59,679 nt of DNA from Acidobacteriota bacterium (GTDB lineage: Bacteria > Acidobacteriota > Vicinamibacteria > Vicinamibacterales > JAFNAJ01). Shown here in pieces: positions 8,762 through 18,717 of the stretch (position 1 is its first letter; every line of letters starts with the position of its first letter). Location of the stretch: contig JAEUQQ010000755.1 in the NCBI GenBank assembly GCA_016789685.1, positions 1 to 59,679 on the forward strand, in the 5' to 3' direction. A program made the position numbers and the translations under genes. The notes beneath the pieces were generated by a model, which searched no databases, was not told the origin of the DNA, and saw nothing but the letters and a program-made list of their open reading frames with translations.

Positions 8762-11602
8762 GTGACCGACGTCGTACCCGACGCGCCCGCCAGGCGCCAG
8801 CCCTATCAGCAGTCGATCGACGACGTGGTCGTCGGGCTTCAGAGCAACGTCCGTCTCGGCCTGGGCGACGACGATGCGCGGGCTCGTCTCGCCGAGTACG
8901 GCGCCAACGAACTCGCGGCAGAGCCGCCGGTGCAGGCCTGGCGGCGCTTCCTCGCGCAGTTTCGCGACGTGCTCGTCCTCCTGCTGATCGCGGCGACAGC
9001 CATCTCGGCAGTGCTGTGGGCGTACGAACGCGACACGGCGCTGCCCTACGAGGCGATCGCGATCTTCGTGGTCGTGATGCTCAACGCGACGCTGGGGTAC
9101 CTGCACGAGGCGCGCGCCGAAGCCGCGGTCGCCGCCTTGCGGGCCATGACCGCCGCCACCGCAACGGTGATCCGCGGCGGCGAGCGCCGCAGTGTCGCGG
9201 CCACGGATCTCGTGCCCGGCGACATCATCCTCGTCGCCGAGGGCGACACCCTGCCGGCGGATGCCCGGATCGTGGAGTCGATGTCGCTGCAGGTGGCCGA
9301 GGCCGCCCTGACGGGCGAGAGCCAGCCGGTCACGAAAGACACCGCGCCCATCGCGGGCGACGCGGTGCTCGGCGATCGCCACAACATGGTCTACAGCGGC
9401 ACGGCGGCCACCTACGGCCACGGCAAGGCCGTCGTGACCGCCACGGGCATGCGCACCGAGATGGGACGCATCGCGGGCCTGCTCGAAGACGCCCCCGCCG
9501 AACTCACGCCCCTGCAGCGTGAACTCGACCACGTCGGCAAGCGCCTCGGCGTCCTCGTCATCCTCATCGCCATCATCACGATCACGACGATCGTCATCGT
9601 CGGCAACGTCCGCGGCCTCGCGGCGTTTCTCGACGTGCTCATCTTCGGCGTGGCGCTGGCCGTCGCCGCCGTACCCGAGGGGCTGCCCGCGGTGGTCACG
9701 GCGACGCTCTCGATCGGCGTGCAGCGGATGGCACGGCGAAATGCAATCGTGCGGCACCTTGCGGCCGTCGAGACCCTGGGCTCGGCGACCGTCGTCGCGT
9801 CAGACAAGACCGGCACGCTCACCAGGAACGAGATGACGGTCAGGATCGTGGCCACCGCGAGCGGCCGTGCCGTCTTCGACGGATCCGGCTACGCCCCGAC
9901 GGGCGACGTGCGCAGGGAGACTGGCGGCCCATTCGACGACGCGCAGCGCAACGAGCTCGATCGGGCGCTCGCGGCGGCCGACAGGGCCAACAACGCGGTG
10001 GTGCAGGAGCGCGACGGGCGCTGGTTCGTGCACGGCGACCCCACCGAGGGGGCGCTGCTGGTCGCGGCGCGCAAGGCCGGCCTCAGCGCCGAGGTGCTCG
10101 ACCAGCAGTGGCCGCGCATCGGCGAGGTGCCGTTCTCGTCAGGGCGCAAGCTGATGAGCACGATCCACCGCGACACGACGCAGCCCGATCGCGGCATCGT
10201 CTTCAGCAAGGGCGCGCCAGACATCCTGCTCGCGCGCTGCACGTCAGAACTCGTCGGCGAGGCGCACCGGCCGCTCACGGCCGAGCGGCGCGCCGGGATC
10301 CTCGCGGCCAACGACACGCTGGCAGGCGACGCGCTGCGCACGCTCGCCGTCGCCGGGCGCTGGCTCTCGGCCGACGCGGCCGACGCACACGCAACGTCGC
10401 CAGACGATCGCGTCGAGCGCGACCTCGTGTTCGTGGGGCTCATCGGCATGATCGATCCGCCGCGCCCCGAGGCCGCCGAGGCGGTACGGCGCGCCAGGGC
10501 CGCAGGCATCCGCCCCCTGATGATCACCGGCGACCACCCGCGCACCGCCTCCGTGATCGCCCGAGAACTCGGCATCGCCGACGATGACGGCGCGGTCACC
10601 GGCCGCCAGATCGCAGGCATGTCAGACGATCAGCTCGACGACGCGGTGACCACCGCGTCGGTCTACGCCCGCGTGGATCCCGAGCACAAGCTGCGCATCG
10701 TCGACGCCCTGCGGCGCACGGGTGCCGTCGTGGCGATGACGGGCGACGGCGTGAACGACGCGCCCGCGCTGAAGCGCGCCGATATCGGCATCGCGATGGG
10801 CATCACCGGCACCGACGTCTCGAAAGAGGCGGCCGACATGGTGCTCGTCGACGACAACTTCGCGTCGATCATCGCCGCCGTCGAGGAAGGCCGCGGAATC
10901 TTCGACAACATCCGGAAGTTCCTGCGCTACCTGCTCTCGTCGAACATCGGCGAAGTTCTCACGATGTTCCTGGGCATCGTGCTGGCCGGGCGGATCGGCC
11001 TGCAGGGCGACGGCGACTCACTCGTGCTGCCCCTGCTCGCCACGCAGATCCTGTGGATCAACCTCGTGACCGACGGTGCGCCGGCGCTGGCGCTCGGCAT
11101 CGATCCGACGGGCCGCGACGTGATGCGCCAGCCGCCGCGGCCGGCCGGTGAAGGCGTGCTCACCGGGCGCATGTGGCGCGGTATCGGTGGCATCGGGGTG
11201 CTCATGGCGGTCGGCACGCTGCTGGTGCTCGATGCGTCGCTGCCCGGCGGGATGATCGCGGGGTCGGGCAGCCTCCCGTATGCGCAGACGATGGCGTTCA
11301 CCACGCTGGTGCTGTTCCAGATGTTCAACGTGGTGAACGCGCGATCAGACGAGCAGAGCGCGTTCGTCAGGCTGTTTGCCAACGGGTGGCTGTGGTTCGC
11401 GATCGCGCTCTCGGTGGCGCTGCAGGTCGCCGTGGTGTACACGCCGGCATTGCAGCAGGGGTTCGGCACGGTGGCCCTGACACTGCGCGACTGGGCGGTG
11501 TGCGTCGCCGTTGGCAGCAGCGTGTTGTGGCTGCGCGAACTGGGCAAGTGGCTCGGCCGCCCGGCGCAGGCCGGCGCCGCGCCGCACGTCGCCGACGCCT
11601 AG
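8762..11602 (+). CDS. Cation-transporting P-type ATPase (type II, Ca2+/Mg2+-like)
   Basis: 946 aa with a GTG start and a GAGGA Shine-Dalgarno sequence. It carries the DKTGTLT phosphorylation motif, the MTGDGVNDAPALKRADIG hinge motif and about 10 TM segments. Confidence 0.9.
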   Translation: MTDVVPDAPARRQPYQQSIDDVVVGLQSNVRLGLGDDDARARLAEYGANELAAEPPVQAWRRFLAQFRDVLVLLLIAATAISAVLWAYERDTALPYEAIAIFVVVMLNATLGYLHEARAEAAVAALRAMTAATATVIRGGERRSVAATDLVPGDIILVAEGDTLPADARIVESMSLQVAEAALTGESQPVTKDTAPIAGDAVLGDRHNMVYSGTAATYGHGKAVVTATGMRTEMGRIAGLLEDAPAELTPLQRELDHVGKRLGVLVILIAIITITTIVIVGNVRGLAAFLDVLIFGVALAVAAVPEGLPAVVTATLSIGVQRMARRNAIVRHLAAVETLGSATVVASDKTGTLTRNEMTVRIVATASGRAVFDGSGYAPTGDVRRETGGPFDDAQRNELDRALAAADRANNAVVQERDGRWFVHGDPTEGALLVAARKAGLSAEVLDQQWPRIGEVPFSSGRKLMSTIHRDTTQPDRGIVFSKGAPDILLARCTSELVGEAHRPLTAERRAGILAANDTLAGDALRTLAVAGRWLSADAADAHATSPDDRVERDLVFVGLIGMIDPPRPEAAEAVRRARAAGIRPLMITGDHPRTASVIARELGIADDDGAVTGRQIAGMSDDQLDDAVTTASVYARVDPEHKLRIVDALRRTGAVVAMTGDGVNDAPALKRADIGIAMGITGTDVSKEAADMVLVDDNFASIIAAVEEGRGIFDNIRKFLRYLLSSNIGEVLTMFLGIVLAGRIGLQGDGDSLVLPLLATQILWINLVTDGAPALALGIDPTGRDVMRQPPRPAGEGVLTGRMWRGIGGIGVLMAVGTLLVLDASLPGGMIAGSGSLPYAQTMAFTTLVLFQMFNVVNARSDEQSAFVRLFANGWLWFAIALSVALQVAVVYTPALQQGFGTVALTLRDWAVCVAVGSSVLWLRELGKWLGRPAQAGAAPHVADA

Positions 11603-11652
11603 CGTCGTGCCGCCGCGCGACGAGCGCCTCGACGCTCGCCGCGCGGTGGGCC

Positions 11653-13758
11653 TTACGGAATGCGTGCGCCCGTCGAACGATCGAACACCGCGTTGCGCAG
11701 GAACTGCTCGGTCGTCCATGGCGCCGCCCCGCCACCGAGGTACTTCTGGAACCACTCGAGATGCGCGGTGTAGTACAGCGCCATCTCGTACCAGCTCGGC
11801 CAGTGCCCCGCATTGGGGAACACGATGAGGCGCGACGGAATCCCCTGGCGCTGCAGTGCCGTGAACAGTTGCAGGCTTTCGGTGTACGGCACGCGATAGT
11901 CGCGTTCACCTGTCAGCACGAGCATCGGCGTCTTGAACGACGTGGCGTATGTCGAGGGTGACACCTTCACGTATTGCTCCGACGTCCACGGCGTGCCCTT
12001 GAAATCCCACTCGGGGAACCACAACTCCTCGGTCGCGCCCCAGAACGAGGCATTGTTGTACATCCCCATCATCGAGGCGAGCGTCTTGAACCGCGTGGTG
12101 TGGCCCGCGAACCAGTTCATCATGTAGCCGCCAAACGACCAGCCCATGGCGCCCATGCGGTCCTTGTCGACGTAGGGCAGCTGCTCGAGCGCGTCGGTCA
12201 CGGCCATCAGGTCGCCGAACACCTTGCCGCCGTAGTCGCCCGAGATCTGCGCGGTGAACTCCTGCCCGTAGCCGACCGACCCGCGCGGGTTGGGGAACGC
12301 CACGACATACCCGGCGCCGGGGTAGACCTGCCAGTCGCCGCGGAACGCATCGCCCCACATCTGCTGCGGTCCGCCGTGCACGTTGAGCACGAGCGGGTAC
12401 TTCTTCGCCGGGTCGAAGCCCGTCGGCTTGACGATGAAGACGTGGATGCGTGCGCCGTCGGCCGCCGTCACCCACATGGTTTCTGCCGGGCGCACGTCGA
12501 CCTCGTCGATCAATGCATCGTTGAGCTTCGTCAGTTGTCGCGGCGCACTGGCAGAGCCGAGGGTGGCGCGGTACATCTCGACGGGGCGTCCGACCGACCG
12601 GCTCGTGAACACGACGTCACGGCCACCGTTGACCAGTTCGAAGTGGTCGATCGTCGCGCGCTCGAGCACCCTGGTGATGGCATTGGTGGCGATGTCGAAG
12701 CGGTAGAGCGGCGTATTGCCCTCGACCTGGGCCTGGAACACGATGGCCTTCGAGTCGGGCGTCCACTGGAAACCGTCGATCCAGTTACGGAACGACTCGG
12801 TGACGACAGTGCGGAGGCCCGTCTGGCGGTCGAGCAGCGCGAGGCGGAACAGGTCGGACTCGTAGTTCGGCACCTGTTGCACGCGATACGCGAGGTAACG
12901 GCCGTCGGGCGAGTACACCGGGCTGCCGTCGAACGCGAGGTTGTCGGGCGTCAGGTTCCGCGCGTCGGTCGACTCGACCTCGAGCGAGATGCGGAACAGG
13001 TCGTTGTTGGTCGACAGGGCCTGGTCCTTGACGCGCTTCGACTCGAAGACGAACTCGCGCCCGTCGGGCGAGAACGCGAACGGCGTTGGCCCGCCGAGCG
13101 AGAACGGCGGTGAATCGTCGTTGCCCGGCGTGAGATCGCGCACCGCGCCAGACGCGACGTCGACGCGCACGAGATGCGTGCGCTTGCCGTCGCGCCAGTC
13201 GGTCCAATGCCGATACAGCAGTTCGTCGGCCATGTGCGCCTTGAGCGGACCACCCTCCCACCGCTCGGCGATCTTCTTGTTGCAGGCATCGTCTGCGTTG
13301 CACTCGGGGTAGACGTCCGTGGCGAAGACCATCGCTTTCGAGTCAGGCGTCCACACCGGCGTCGAAACACCAGTCGAGATCGACGTGACCTTGCGCGCTT
13401 CGCCGCCCGTGGTGGGCATCACGTAGATCTGCCCCGATCCGTCGCGCGTGCTGACGAACGACAGCCACTGGCCGTCAGGCGAAAACGAGGCGTCGCTCTC
13501 GTTGCCGGCGCCAAACGTGATCTGCCGGGCGTTGGCGCCGTCGGCACCGATCATCCACAGCTTGCTCGTGCGCTTCGCGCGCGGCAGGTCGGTGGTCGTG
13601 ACGGCGTAGACAATCGACCGCTCGTCGGGCGAAACGGCGAAGCCGCCGATGCCCGTGACGCGGTAGAGATCCTCGATGGTGAACGCGCGCTTCTGCGCGA
13701 ACGCGTCGGCCTGGCAGGCCAGCGCAATCGCGAGCGCGATGGCGGGAACACGGGACAT
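11653..13758 (-). CDS. Secreted S9-family serine peptidase with N-terminal TolB-like beta-propeller
   Basis: The start was moved to the internal ATG (MSRVPAIALAIALACQADAFAQ signal peptide, AGGGGG Shine-Dalgarno sequence). WD40/TolB-like repeats are present, the nucleophile elbow is GWSFGGY, and the C-terminal part contains GHW. Confidence 0.85.
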   Translation of the reverse strand: MSRVPAIALAIALACQADAFAQKRAFTIEDLYRVTGIGGFAVSPDERSIVYAVTTTDLPRAKRTSKLWMIGADGANARQITFGAGNESDASFSPDGQWLSFVSTRDGSGQIYVMPTTGGEARKVTSISTGVSTPVWTPDSKAMVFATDVYPECNADDACNKKIAERWEGGPLKAHMADELLYRHWTDWRDGKRTHLVRVDVASGAVRDLTPGNDDSPPFSLGGPTPFAFSPDGREFVFESKRVKDQALSTNNDLFRISLEVESTDARNLTPDNLAFDGSPVYSPDGRYLAYRVQQVPNYESDLFRLALLDRQTGLRTVVTESFRNWIDGFQWTPDSKAIVFQAQVEGNTPLYRFDIATNAITRVLERATIDHFELVNGGRDVVFTSRSVGRPVEMYRATLGSASAPRQLTKLNDALIDEVDVRPAETMWVTAADGARIHVFIVKPTGFDPAKKYPLVLNVHGGPQQMWGDAFRGDWQVYPGAGYVVAFPNPRGSVGYGQEFTAQISGDYGGKVFGDLMAVTDALEQLPYVDKDRMGAMGWSFGGYMMNWFAGHTTRFKTLASMMGMYNNASFWGATEELWFPEWDFKGTPWTSEQYVKVSPSTYATSFKTPMLVLTGERDYRVPYTESLQLFTALQRQGIPSRLIVFPNAGHWPSWYEMALYYTAHLEWFQKYLGGGAAPWTTEQFLRNAVFDRSTGARIP

Positions 13759-13868
13759 GAGACCCCCTGGATACGACGCAACCACTGCCGCGACGCGATT
13801 CTACGCCTCCGGCGCCCGTGTGCGGCTGGCGGGCGGCGACATCGGGGGGTGTCGCGGGCCATGCGGGC

Positions 13869-15602
13869 TCACTCGCGGCCGGCAGGGCGTTCGAGCACCT
13901 GGACGCGCAGGTTCCGCGTCGTGACGTCGCCGCGTGCGATCGATACGCGCGTCGCGTGGTCGGCTATGGTGCCGAACAGCTGCGGGTGGTCCTCGAGCGA
14001 GATATCGCTGCTGACAGCGGCCACGTAGTAGTCGCCGTCTGGAAGCGGACCAAAGAGGAACCGACCGCCCTGGCATTCAGACATCGCCACATGGCGCGAG
14101 GCCGCGTGCCAGCGCGCCCGGTCGGTGCTCAGGGCCAGCACGCGGCATCGTTCGCGCGGAACCCCAGGCCACGTCACCGCCCCGGCGACCAGGCCGCCGG
14201 TCGACGTGAACTCCAGCTCGACCTCGGCGTCGTCGAACGCGGTGACGGGCAGGGCCTCGTCTGTGTGATCGTGGCCGTTCACCAGCACGCGTTCGAGCCT
14301 GAAGCCGGGTGGAGGATCCACGACGCCGAGTTCCACCGTGTCTGAGAGGGCCTGCACCGCGAAAGTCCCATCGGGCGCAATCTCGGAGACACCGACGCTC
14401 GTGAGCATCGACCAGGCATCCAGCACGCGCTGCGACACGACGCCGGTCCGGTGCCACGAGGCCGGCGCCGGGCCCGTGCGGACGACGACGCGTCCGCGGA
14501 TTACCGGACGTTCGCGGATCGTGATCCGCACCTGCGCGGGCTGCGCATCGACATCGACGAACGTCACGGCGCGCATCCGCTTGGCCGGCCTGCCCGGCCC
14601 GATAACGCGCAACGCCTCGACTCGCCATCGCCCCTGCGGGACGACATCGAACGCGAACGCACCGCGTGGATCAGACACGGCGCTCAACTCGGGAGCTTCG
14701 CCCTCGGCCGCCTCGTCGCGCGAGACGAGCACCATGGCCCCGGGCACCGCGACGCCGTCGGCGTCGACCACCACGCCCGACAGCGACGAGGTCGTCTCGG
14801 TCGCGAGGCGAATCGTCGCGCCGGCGTGCTCCTGGGGACCGTCGATCATGAACACCGTGGCGGCGGCGCTGCGCGACGTCCCTGGCGCCCACGTGACCTC
14901 TGCGAGGGCCGTCGTGTCTGGCACGTCGGCATGGTCCGGTCCCCGGCGGGGCAGGACGCCGACGACGTAACGGTCTGCAGGCAGGGTGTGCAGGCGGAAC
15001 CGGCCACGATCATCGGTCGTCGCGCGGAACGCCGTGTCGAAGGCCGGCCGGCCGATCGAGACCTTGATGCCTCCGCTCATGGCGCCTCGCCAGCGCATCG
15101 CGGACTCGAGGCCCGCATCGACGACGGCGATCCCGCCAAGGGCCACGACCGTGCGACCCGCGGCTGGCAGGCCGTTCGCGTCGATGACCTGCCCGTCGAT
15201 CGCGCCGCCGCGCACGAGGGCGATCTCGACGTCAGACAGCGTCGCGCCTGGCTTCAGCTCGTTCACCCCGCTGTCGGGCGGCACGTCATCGCCGGGCCAC
15301 CTCGCGTCGAGAAACCCCGCGCAAATCACGCGAATCGACGCCCATCCGCCGGGCAACCCGGTGAACGTGAACTCACCGGCCCGGTTGGTCTCGACCGTCG
15401 TGCTGGCGCCTTCGATTGAGACCCGCACGGTCGCGCCGGCGATCGGGGTCCCGGTGTCTGCGGTGATGACGCGACCCGCCAGGCTCGAGGCGGCCTGCGC
15501 CGACGCGGCCGCGTGACACGCGAGGACGGCCGCGAGTGCGAATGACAACACGCGCGCCGCCACTCTTCGCGTCGCTCGTACGGGGCTGGCCAACAGGCGC
15601 AT
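13869..15602 (-). CDS. Secreted carboxypeptidase-regulatory-like (CarboxypepD_reg) repeat protein
   Basis: The internal start gives the signal peptide MRLLASPV...AAVLACHAAASAQA. Modules of the type GRVITADTGTPIAGATVRV...AGEFTFTGLPGG are repeated. Confidence 0.7.
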   Translation of the reverse strand: MRLLASPVRATRRVAARVLSFALAAVLACHAAASAQAASSLAGRVITADTGTPIAGATVRVSIEGASTTVETNRAGEFTFTGLPGGWASIRVICAGFLDARWPGDDVPPDSGVNELKPGATLSDVEIALVRGGAIDGQVIDANGLPAAGRTVVALGGIAVVDAGLESAMRWRGAMSGGIKVSIGRPAFDTAFRATTDDRGRFRLHTLPADRYVVGVLPRRGPDHADVPDTTALAEVTWAPGTSRSAAATVFMIDGPQEHAGATIRLATETTSSLSGVVVDADGVAVPGAMVLVSRDEAAEGEAPELSAVSDPRGAFAFDVVPQGRWRVEALRVIGPGRPAKRMRAVTFVDVDAQPAQVRITIRERPVIRGRVVVRTGPAPASWHRTGVVSQRVLDAWSMLTSVGVSEIAPDGTFAVQALSDTVELGVVDPPPGFRLERVLVNGHDHTDEALPVTAFDDAEVELEFTSTGGLVAGAVTWPGVPRERCRVLALSTDRARWHAASRHVAMSECQGGRFLFGPLPDGDYYVAAVSSDISLEDHPQLFGTIADHATRVSIARGDVTTRNLRVQVLERPAGRE

Positions 15603-15791
15603 GACGACTCCAGGGCAGGGGCGGTCGTGCTGGCCGGCCTCAGGCGCGGCCACCGGCCGGTTCGCGCCGAGGCGTGGCATCCGTCGGGGGGCAGCGATAT
15701 CGTAGCGTGACTCGCGCCAGCCAGCCGCCTATGGAACCCCGGGCTCGCCCCCGGCATCAGATCTGTGTCACGACACAGGAGCACCGACACC

Positions 15792-16697
15792 ATGTCTGTC
15801 AGACCGATCAAGCAACTCATCCGCACGCAGCCGACCCTCGAAGGCGCGGGCGTCAAGCTTCAACGTGGGTTCGGCTTCGGCAACACGGCCGAGTTCGACC
15901 CGTTCCTGCTCTTCGACGACTTCCGCAACGAGAACCCGGCCGATTACCTGAAGGGGTTCCCGTGGCACCCGCACCGCGGGATCGAGACGATCACCTACGT
16001 GCTGGCCGGCACGGTCGAGCACGGCGACAGCCTCGGCAACCGCGGCACGCTGGGCGCGGGCGACGTGCAGTGGATGACCGCGGGGCGCGGCATCATGCAC
16101 CAGGAGATGCCGCAGGGCGACCCGACGGGGCGCATGCACGGGTTCCAGCTCTGGGCCAACCTGCCGTCGGCGCTCAAGATGAGCGCCCCGCGCTACCAGG
16201 ACGTGAAGTCCGACGAGATCCCCGACGTCGTCGATGACGACGGGACGCGCGTGCGGGTGGTGTGCGGCGAGTTCTGGGGCAAGAAGGGGCCGGTGGAGGG
16301 CGTCGCCGCCGATCCACGTTACCTGGACGTGTCGGTGCCGCCCGGCGGCCGCAAGCGCCTCGCCGTCGATCGGGCCCACCACGCGTTCGCGTACGTGTTC
16401 GCGGGGTCGGGGACGTTCCGCGACGCCTCGCGGCCGCAGAGCCTGCTCACCGAGGACGTCAACGGCGACACGTTGCGCTCGCTCCCGCACGAGAGCGAGA
16501 ACCGCTCGCTGATCCTGTTCGATCGCGGCGACGAGGTGGTGGTGCAGGCCGGCGACGAGGGGATCCGCTTCCTGCTCGTGTCGGGGCGGCCGATCGAGGA
16601 ACCGGTGGCGTGGTACGGCCCCATTGTCATGAACACCAAGGCCGAACTGCAGCAGGCCATCTCGGACCTGCAGAACGGGACGTTCATCTCGCGGTGA
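15792..16697 (+). CDS. Pirin-family (bicupin) protein
   Basis: AGGAG Shine-Dalgarno sequence before the ATG at 15792. Pirin signatures are present: GFPWHPHRGIETITYVL and GDVQWMTAGRGIMHQE. Confidence 0.85.
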   Translation: MSVRPIKQLIRTQPTLEGAGVKLQRGFGFGNTAEFDPFLLFDDFRNENPADYLKGFPWHPHRGIETITYVLAGTVEHGDSLGNRGTLGAGDVQWMTAGRGIMHQEMPQGDPTGRMHGFQLWANLPSALKMSAPRYQDVKSDEIPDVVDDDGTRVRVVCGEFWGKKGPVEGVAADPRYLDVSVPPGGRKRLAVDRAHHAFAYVFAGSGTFRDASRPQSLLTEDVNGDTLRSLPHESENRSLILFDRGDEVVVQAGDEGIRFLLVSGRPIEEPVAWYGPIVMNTKAELQQAISDLQNGTFISR

Positions 16698-16748
16698 TGC
16701 CCGATGGGGGACCAGCAGGCGCTGGTCCCCCGCGAGGTCGTGTCGCGC

Positions 16749-17735
16749 CTACTCGAGGCGCCTCAGCGCGAAATCGGTGCGCGCGCCGGTCGGACTGATC
16801 GCCACGCCGGTCGTGCGGCCGTTGGCGATCGGCAGCTTGATCCGGTTGGTCCAGTTGTTGAACCAGGTCGAGATGACCTCGTTGCCCTCGACGCGCCACT
16901 TGCCGACGTTCTCGCCGGCACTCGGTGCGCTGATCGTGCCGTCGGCCTTGTAGACGTGCACGTCGGTGAAGGAGCCGGCCCGGTATTCCCACCTGCCGAC
17001 GATCGACGCGTCGGCACCCGCCGTGCCGCCGGCGGGCGGAGCGGCGTGAGACGACGGGGCCGCGCCGATGCGCGTGAGCGTGATGCTGGCGCGCGCCCCC
17101 GCCGGGTCGACGCTGACGCCCGACAACGTCGTGCCGGCCGACAGCGTGAACCGGTTCTGCCACTTGTTGTGCCACACCGAGACGACCTCGTTGCCTTCGA
17201 CGTGCCACGTCGCGCGCGACTGTGGCGACGCCGGTGCCGTGACGGTGCCATCGGCGTGGTACTCGTGCACGTCGGTGAAGTTCCCGCTGCGGTACGTCCA
17301 CTTGCCCACGATTCCCGCGCCACCGGCCGCACCGCCGCCTCCGCCGCCCCCGCCGCCGCGACGCGCGCCCGTCGCGGTCGCGTAGATGTCGAGCGTCGCC
17401 GAGACGCCCGGCGTGTGCGTCACGACCTTCACGAAGTAGAAGCGTCCCTCGCGCATCCGCTCGGTGGTGACGGTGCGCAACCCGTTGTCCATGCAATCGA
17501 GCGGGCAGGCCGTGTCGGCGACACACACGTCCCACCGGCCTTGGCCCGTGACGGTGGCCGTCAGGCGGCCGTCGGGGGGCTGCGTGACGCGCCAGCAGCT
17601 CGAGGGGCTGACGGCCGGGAAGTTGATCGTGAACTGTGCGGGGATGTCGAGCGCGATCGCCGTGCCTTGTGCAGACGCGGTGACCGGTGGCAAGCCCAGG
17701 GCGGCGACAACGAACAACCAGATGACGCGACGCAT
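16749..17735 (-). CDS. Secreted hypothetical protein: N-terminal Cys-containing beta-domain, poly-Gly linker, two tandem ~85-aa repeats
   Basis: The internal ATG (AGGGGG Shine-Dalgarno sequence) gives the signal peptide MRRVIWLFVVAALGLPPVTASAQG. The two repeats are GKWTYRSGNFTDVHEYHADGTV...W.VEGNEVVSVW and GRWEYRAGSFTDVHVYKADGTI...WRVEGNEVISTW. Confidence 0.6.
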   Translation of the reverse strand: MRRVIWLFVVAALGLPPVTASAQGTAIALDIPAQFTINFPAVSPSSCWRVTQPPDGRLTATVTGQGRWDVCVADTACPLDCMDNGLRTVTTERMREGRFYFVKVVTHTPGVSATLDIYATATGARRGGGGGGGGGAAGGAGIVGKWTYRSGNFTDVHEYHADGTVTAPASPQSRATWHVEGNEVVSVWHNKWQNRFTLSAGTTLSGVSVDPAGARASITLTRIGAAPSSHAAPPAGGTAGADASIVGRWEYRAGSFTDVHVYKADGTISAPSAGENVGKWRVEGNEVISTWFNNWTNRIKLPIANGRTTGVAISPTGARTDFALRRLE

Positions 17736-17872
17736 GATGCCCCCTGCGAGCGAAACGACCGGCCTCAAGGATACTGCAGGGCTGGTGGGACGCGGCAGGC
17801 CAGGGGCCGGGGTTGTGACGATTCCACCCGTGGCGCATCCTGTCGATCGTCGCTCACACGAGGAACCTGCCC

Positions 17873-18487
17873 ATGCGCCGCCTGCCCCGGTACGCCGCTC
17901 CGCTCCTGTTGACCATCGCCGCCGCTGTCGTCGGCTCGCCGTGGGCACCTGCCCAGGCGCAGGAACCACCGCACGGCCGACCCGCCGGCGAGATTCCGGC
18001 CACACTCCAGCCCGCGCTCGCCCGCGCCGAGCAAGGGATGAACGCCCTGCAGGCCGGGCTGCTGGCGCGCCTGCGTGAACAGATGACGAGTGGCGGACCG
18101 GCGAGCGCGGTGTCGGTGTGTCGGGACGAAGCCCAGGCGATCACGGCACGCATCGCGCGCGAGCAGGGCATCACGATGGGGCGAACCAGCCACGCCCTGC
18201 GGAACACGGCAAACGGGGCGCCGGCGTGGGCGTCGGCGCTGGTGCGCGACAGCGCCGGCAGCAAGGCGGCCGCGCAGGGCATCCGCGTCTTCGATCTTGG
18301 CGATCGCGTGGGCGTCGTGCGCCCGATCGGCTTCGCCGACATGTGCGCGTCGTGCCACGGCGCACCATCGGCCATGGCGCCCGCGATTCGCGACGTCATC
18401 GCGTCCGCGTATCCGCGTGACGCGGCGGTGGGCTTCGTCGCGGGCGACCTCCGCGGATGGATGTGGGCCGAGGTGAAGAAGCCCTGA
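17873..18487 (+). CDS. DUF3365 (Tll0287-like) periplasmic haem-type sensor domain protein
   Basis: Signal peptide, GAGGAA Shine-Dalgarno sequence and a single CASCHG motif near the C-terminus with a ...GDLRGW tail, as in DUF3365 proteins. It sits directly upstream of a histidine kinase. Confidence 0.65.
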   Translation: MRRLPRYAAPLLLTIAAAVVGSPWAPAQAQEPPHGRPAGEIPATLQPALARAEQGMNALQAGLLARLREQMTSGGPASAVSVCRDEAQAITARIAREQGITMGRTSHALRNTANGAPAWASALVRDSAGSKAAAQGIRVFDLGDRVGVVRPIGFADMCASCHGAPSAMAPAIRDVIASAYPRDAAVGFVAGDLRGWMWAEVKKP

Positions 18488-18717
18488 CGAGTGCGTGGGC
18501 TCGGCACGGGGTAGGCGCAGGGCTGGCCCGCGCGTGCAGGTCGCCATCCTGCAGCCCGGGCAGCCTCAGCCGCGAGTGCGTCATGGTGACCGCATCCAGC
18601 CAGAAACATGCCGTTTCTGGGTTCCACAACCCTCAACTGGGTTTATGATCCCGGCCTCACGCACGACCAAGACGCCACGACGACGGCAGGCGCGACCGCT
18701 GCCGGGCGGAGGCCCCC

